Shown here in pieces: positions 61,060 through 64,000 of a stretch of 64,000 nt of DNA. Position 1 is the stretch's first letter. Each line of letters starts with the position of its first letter. This DNA comes from the human T2T-CHM13v2.0 reference genome, Homo sapiens: the NCBI RefSeq assembly GCF_009914755.1, contig NC_060929.1. One strand, written 5' to 3'. Both the position numbers and the translations under genes were made by a program. The notes beneath the pieces were generated by a model. That model was not told the origin of the DNA. It saw only the letters and a program-made list of their open reading frames with translations, and did not search any database.

Positions 61060-63510
61060 CATACAGTATATAACTTTGAAGATTGGCATGTTTTCACTCA
61101 GCAGAATTCTCTGGAGATTCATTCAAGTTGTTGCATGTATTGACAGTTCATTCCTTTTTATTGCTGAGTAGTATTCCACGGTATAAGTGTACCCAATTTA
61201 GCCTGTTAGAAGACATCTGGGTTGTTTCCAGTTTAGGGTTATTATGAATCAAGCTGCTATAAATATTAATGTATAGGCTTTTACATGAATGAATCACCAG
61301 GAGTACAACTGCTGGGTCATAGGTTGGTTGTACATTTAGTTTTTAAAGAAACTGCCAATCTGTTTTCCAGAGGGGCTGTCCCATTTTACATTCCCACCAG
61401 CAATGAATGAGTGATCTAGTTTTTCCTCATCCTCATCAGCAGTTGATGTTGTCACTATTTCTTATTTTAGTTATTCTGATAGGTGTGTAGTAATATCTCA
61501 TTGTGGTTTTTATTTGCTTTTCCCTAATAGCTAATAATGTTGAACATCTTCTTGTACATATTTGCCACCTGCATATTATCTTTGGTGAAATCTCATTTGT
61601 CTTTTGCCAATTTAGGATTGAATTGTTTGCTTTGTTTACTGTTTAACTTTTAAAAATTGATAAATAATTAGCACATCATAATATTCTCCCTTTAAAAATA
61701 TACAAGTTAGTAGTTTTAGCATATTCAAAAGGTTGTGTAACCATCACATATTCTGTAATTTCAGAACACGTTAATCAGCTCCAAAAGAAACTCCATCTCC
61801 ATGAGCAATCACTTCCCATTTCTGCCTCCCTCATACCTTAACGACCTCGAAGCTGTGTTTTATCTCTATAGATTTGCCTATCCTGTGCATTAAATATATA
61901 TAGGATCATACACTATGTGGCCTTTTGTGACTACCTTCTCTTACCTGGCTTATATTTTCAAGATTTGTCTATGATGTAGCATGTATCAGTACTTCCTTCC
62001 TTTTTATTGCTGAATAATATTGCATTGTATAGATATGCCACATTTTGTATATCTGTTTATTGATAATTTAGTTTACACTTTGGGATTATTATAAATAATG
62101 CTGCTATGAACATTCATATATAAGTTTTTGTATGCACATATTTCATTTCTGTTGGGCATATATTCAGGAGTCGAATCTGTGTCATATGACGGCACTATGT
62201 TTAATTTTTGGAGAAATGCCAAACTGCTCACCAAAAGCTATTTCACCACTTTACATTCCTACTAGCAATGTGTGAGTGTATCGGTGAGCTTTTAGAGTCC
62301 CTTATATATTCCATATACTATTTCTTTTCAAATGTGGTTGGCAAATATTTTTACTCAGTTTATATCTTATTTTTTCCACCTCTTAATATGGTCTTTGACA
62401 GAAGACTTTAATTTTGATGAAATCCAGTTTATAATTTTTTCCTTTTATAGGCCATGCTTTTATAGTCAAGTTTTAGAACTCCTTGCCTAGCCTTAGATTT
62501 CGAATATTTCCTCTATGTGTTTTTCAAAACTTTTTAGTTTTATATTTTACATTTAAGGTTGTGATCCATTTTGAATTAATAAACATATAAGTTGTCTGAC
62601 AGGTAGAGTTTCATTCTTTTTCCTTATGGATGTCCAATTGCTTCAGCACCTTTTCTTGAAAAGGCTGTCTTTCCTAGTCTATTGAAATGCCTTTCCATCT
62701 TTAGCAAACATCAGCCAGGCAAATATATGTAAGTCTCTTTGTGGTTCTCTAGTCTGTTCCATTGATCTACAAATGTATCCCCTTGTGAATACTACACAGT
62801 CTTGTAGTTGTATAAGTGAAATTTCAGAGCCTCATTCCTTCTTTATTATTTCCCAAAATTCTTTTAGCTATTCCAGTTCCTTTGCCTTAACATATAATTT
62901 TATATATATATATAAAATTTATATACATATACTCTTGTCTATATCTAAAAATAGTCTTGCTGATACTATTTGCCTATTTTTGGTAGAAGTTTTGTTAAAG
63001 CTATATATCAATTTGAAAAGAACTGACATCTTTACCATGTTGAATCATCCAATCTATGAAAATGGTGTGTCTCTAAGTTTATAATATTCTTTGATTTTTT
63101 TCCATCAGCATTTTGTAGTTTTCATTATACAAGTCCTGCACACATTTTGTTAGATTTACATCAAAATATTTTCTTTTGAGTGATTATAAATGGTATTTTA
63201 CTTTTAATTTTGGGTCCATGGACTCACTGATGGTATATAAAAATAAAATTGTTTTTTGTTTATCTCATATCTGTCAACATTGCTGAACTTGCTTATTAGC
63301 TGTAGAAATTTTTTGTGTAGATTCCTTGGAATTTTCCACATAGACCGTTGTGATATATGCAAATCAGAGCAATTTTATTTCCTCTTTTTCAGTCTGCCTT
63401 TTATTGTATCTTCTCACCTTATTGCACTGGCTAGCACTCCATTGAATTAGAAGAGTAAGAGCAAATATCCTTACTTTGTTCCTAATCTTAGGGGTACAGC
63501 ATTCAGTTTT
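61060..63510 (-). mobile_element. Old L1M (L1MB/MC) with a nested L1 3' fragment at ~61660-62280
   Basis: ttttcactcagca...tttttattgctgagtagtattcca, cattcccaccagcaatg, gttgaatcatccaatctatgaa. Confidence 0.8.
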
Positions 63511-64000
63511 TTACTATTATATTTTTATTTTTTATTATACTTTAAGTTCTGGGGTACATGTGCAGAATGTGCAGGTTTGTTACATAGGTATATACATGTG
63601 CTATGGTGGTTTGCTGCACCCATCAACCCATCAACCCATCATCTATGTTAGGTATTTCTCCTAATGCTATCCTCCCCTAGCTCCCCACCCCCTGACCGGC
63701 CCTGGTGTGTGATATTCCCCTTCCCTGTGTCCATATGTTCTCACTGTTCAACTCCCACTTATGAGTGAGAACATGCAGTGTTTGGTTTTCTGTTCTTGTG
63801 TTAGTTTGCTGAGAATGATGGTTTCCAGCTTCATCTATGTCCCTGCAAAGGACATGAACTCAACCTTTTTTATGGCTGCATAGTATTCCATGGTGGATAT
63901 GTGCCACGTTTTCTTTATCCAGTCTATCATTGATGGGCATTTGGGTTGGTTCCAAGTCTTTGCTATTGTGAACAGTGCTGCAATAAACATACACATGCAT
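63511..64000 (-). mobile_element. L1PA (L1PA7-like) 3' UTR running off the window
   Basis: ttattatactttaagttctggggtacatgtgcagaa...cccacttatgagtgagaacatg. Confidence 0.9.

Overview
Repeat-rich primate (human-like) genomic DNA with no intact protein-coding gene. About half of the window is transposon-derived: many Alus, two full-length THE1 elements, a two-LTR MER61 provirus, MER21/MST/MLT LTRs, Tigger/MER DNA transposons, and L1, L2, L3 and MIR fragments. Most ORFs in the supplied track come from these repeats. The main signal is in the unique sequence on the minus strand. At least 11 phase-compatible fossil exons between ~30.3 kb and ~1.8 kb assemble into a heavily decayed multi-exon gene. 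Its 3' two-thirds aligns collinearly, by eye and from memory, with the central region of GREB1/GREB1L. This suggests a lost third GREB1-family paralogue (unitary pseudogene), with a MER21 LTR inserted inside one exon. At ~44-46 kb an old processed RBM17 (SPF45) pseudogene lies head-to-head with a second coding-like remnant weakly resembling CCDC198/FAME. All family assignments are manual and need database confirmation.
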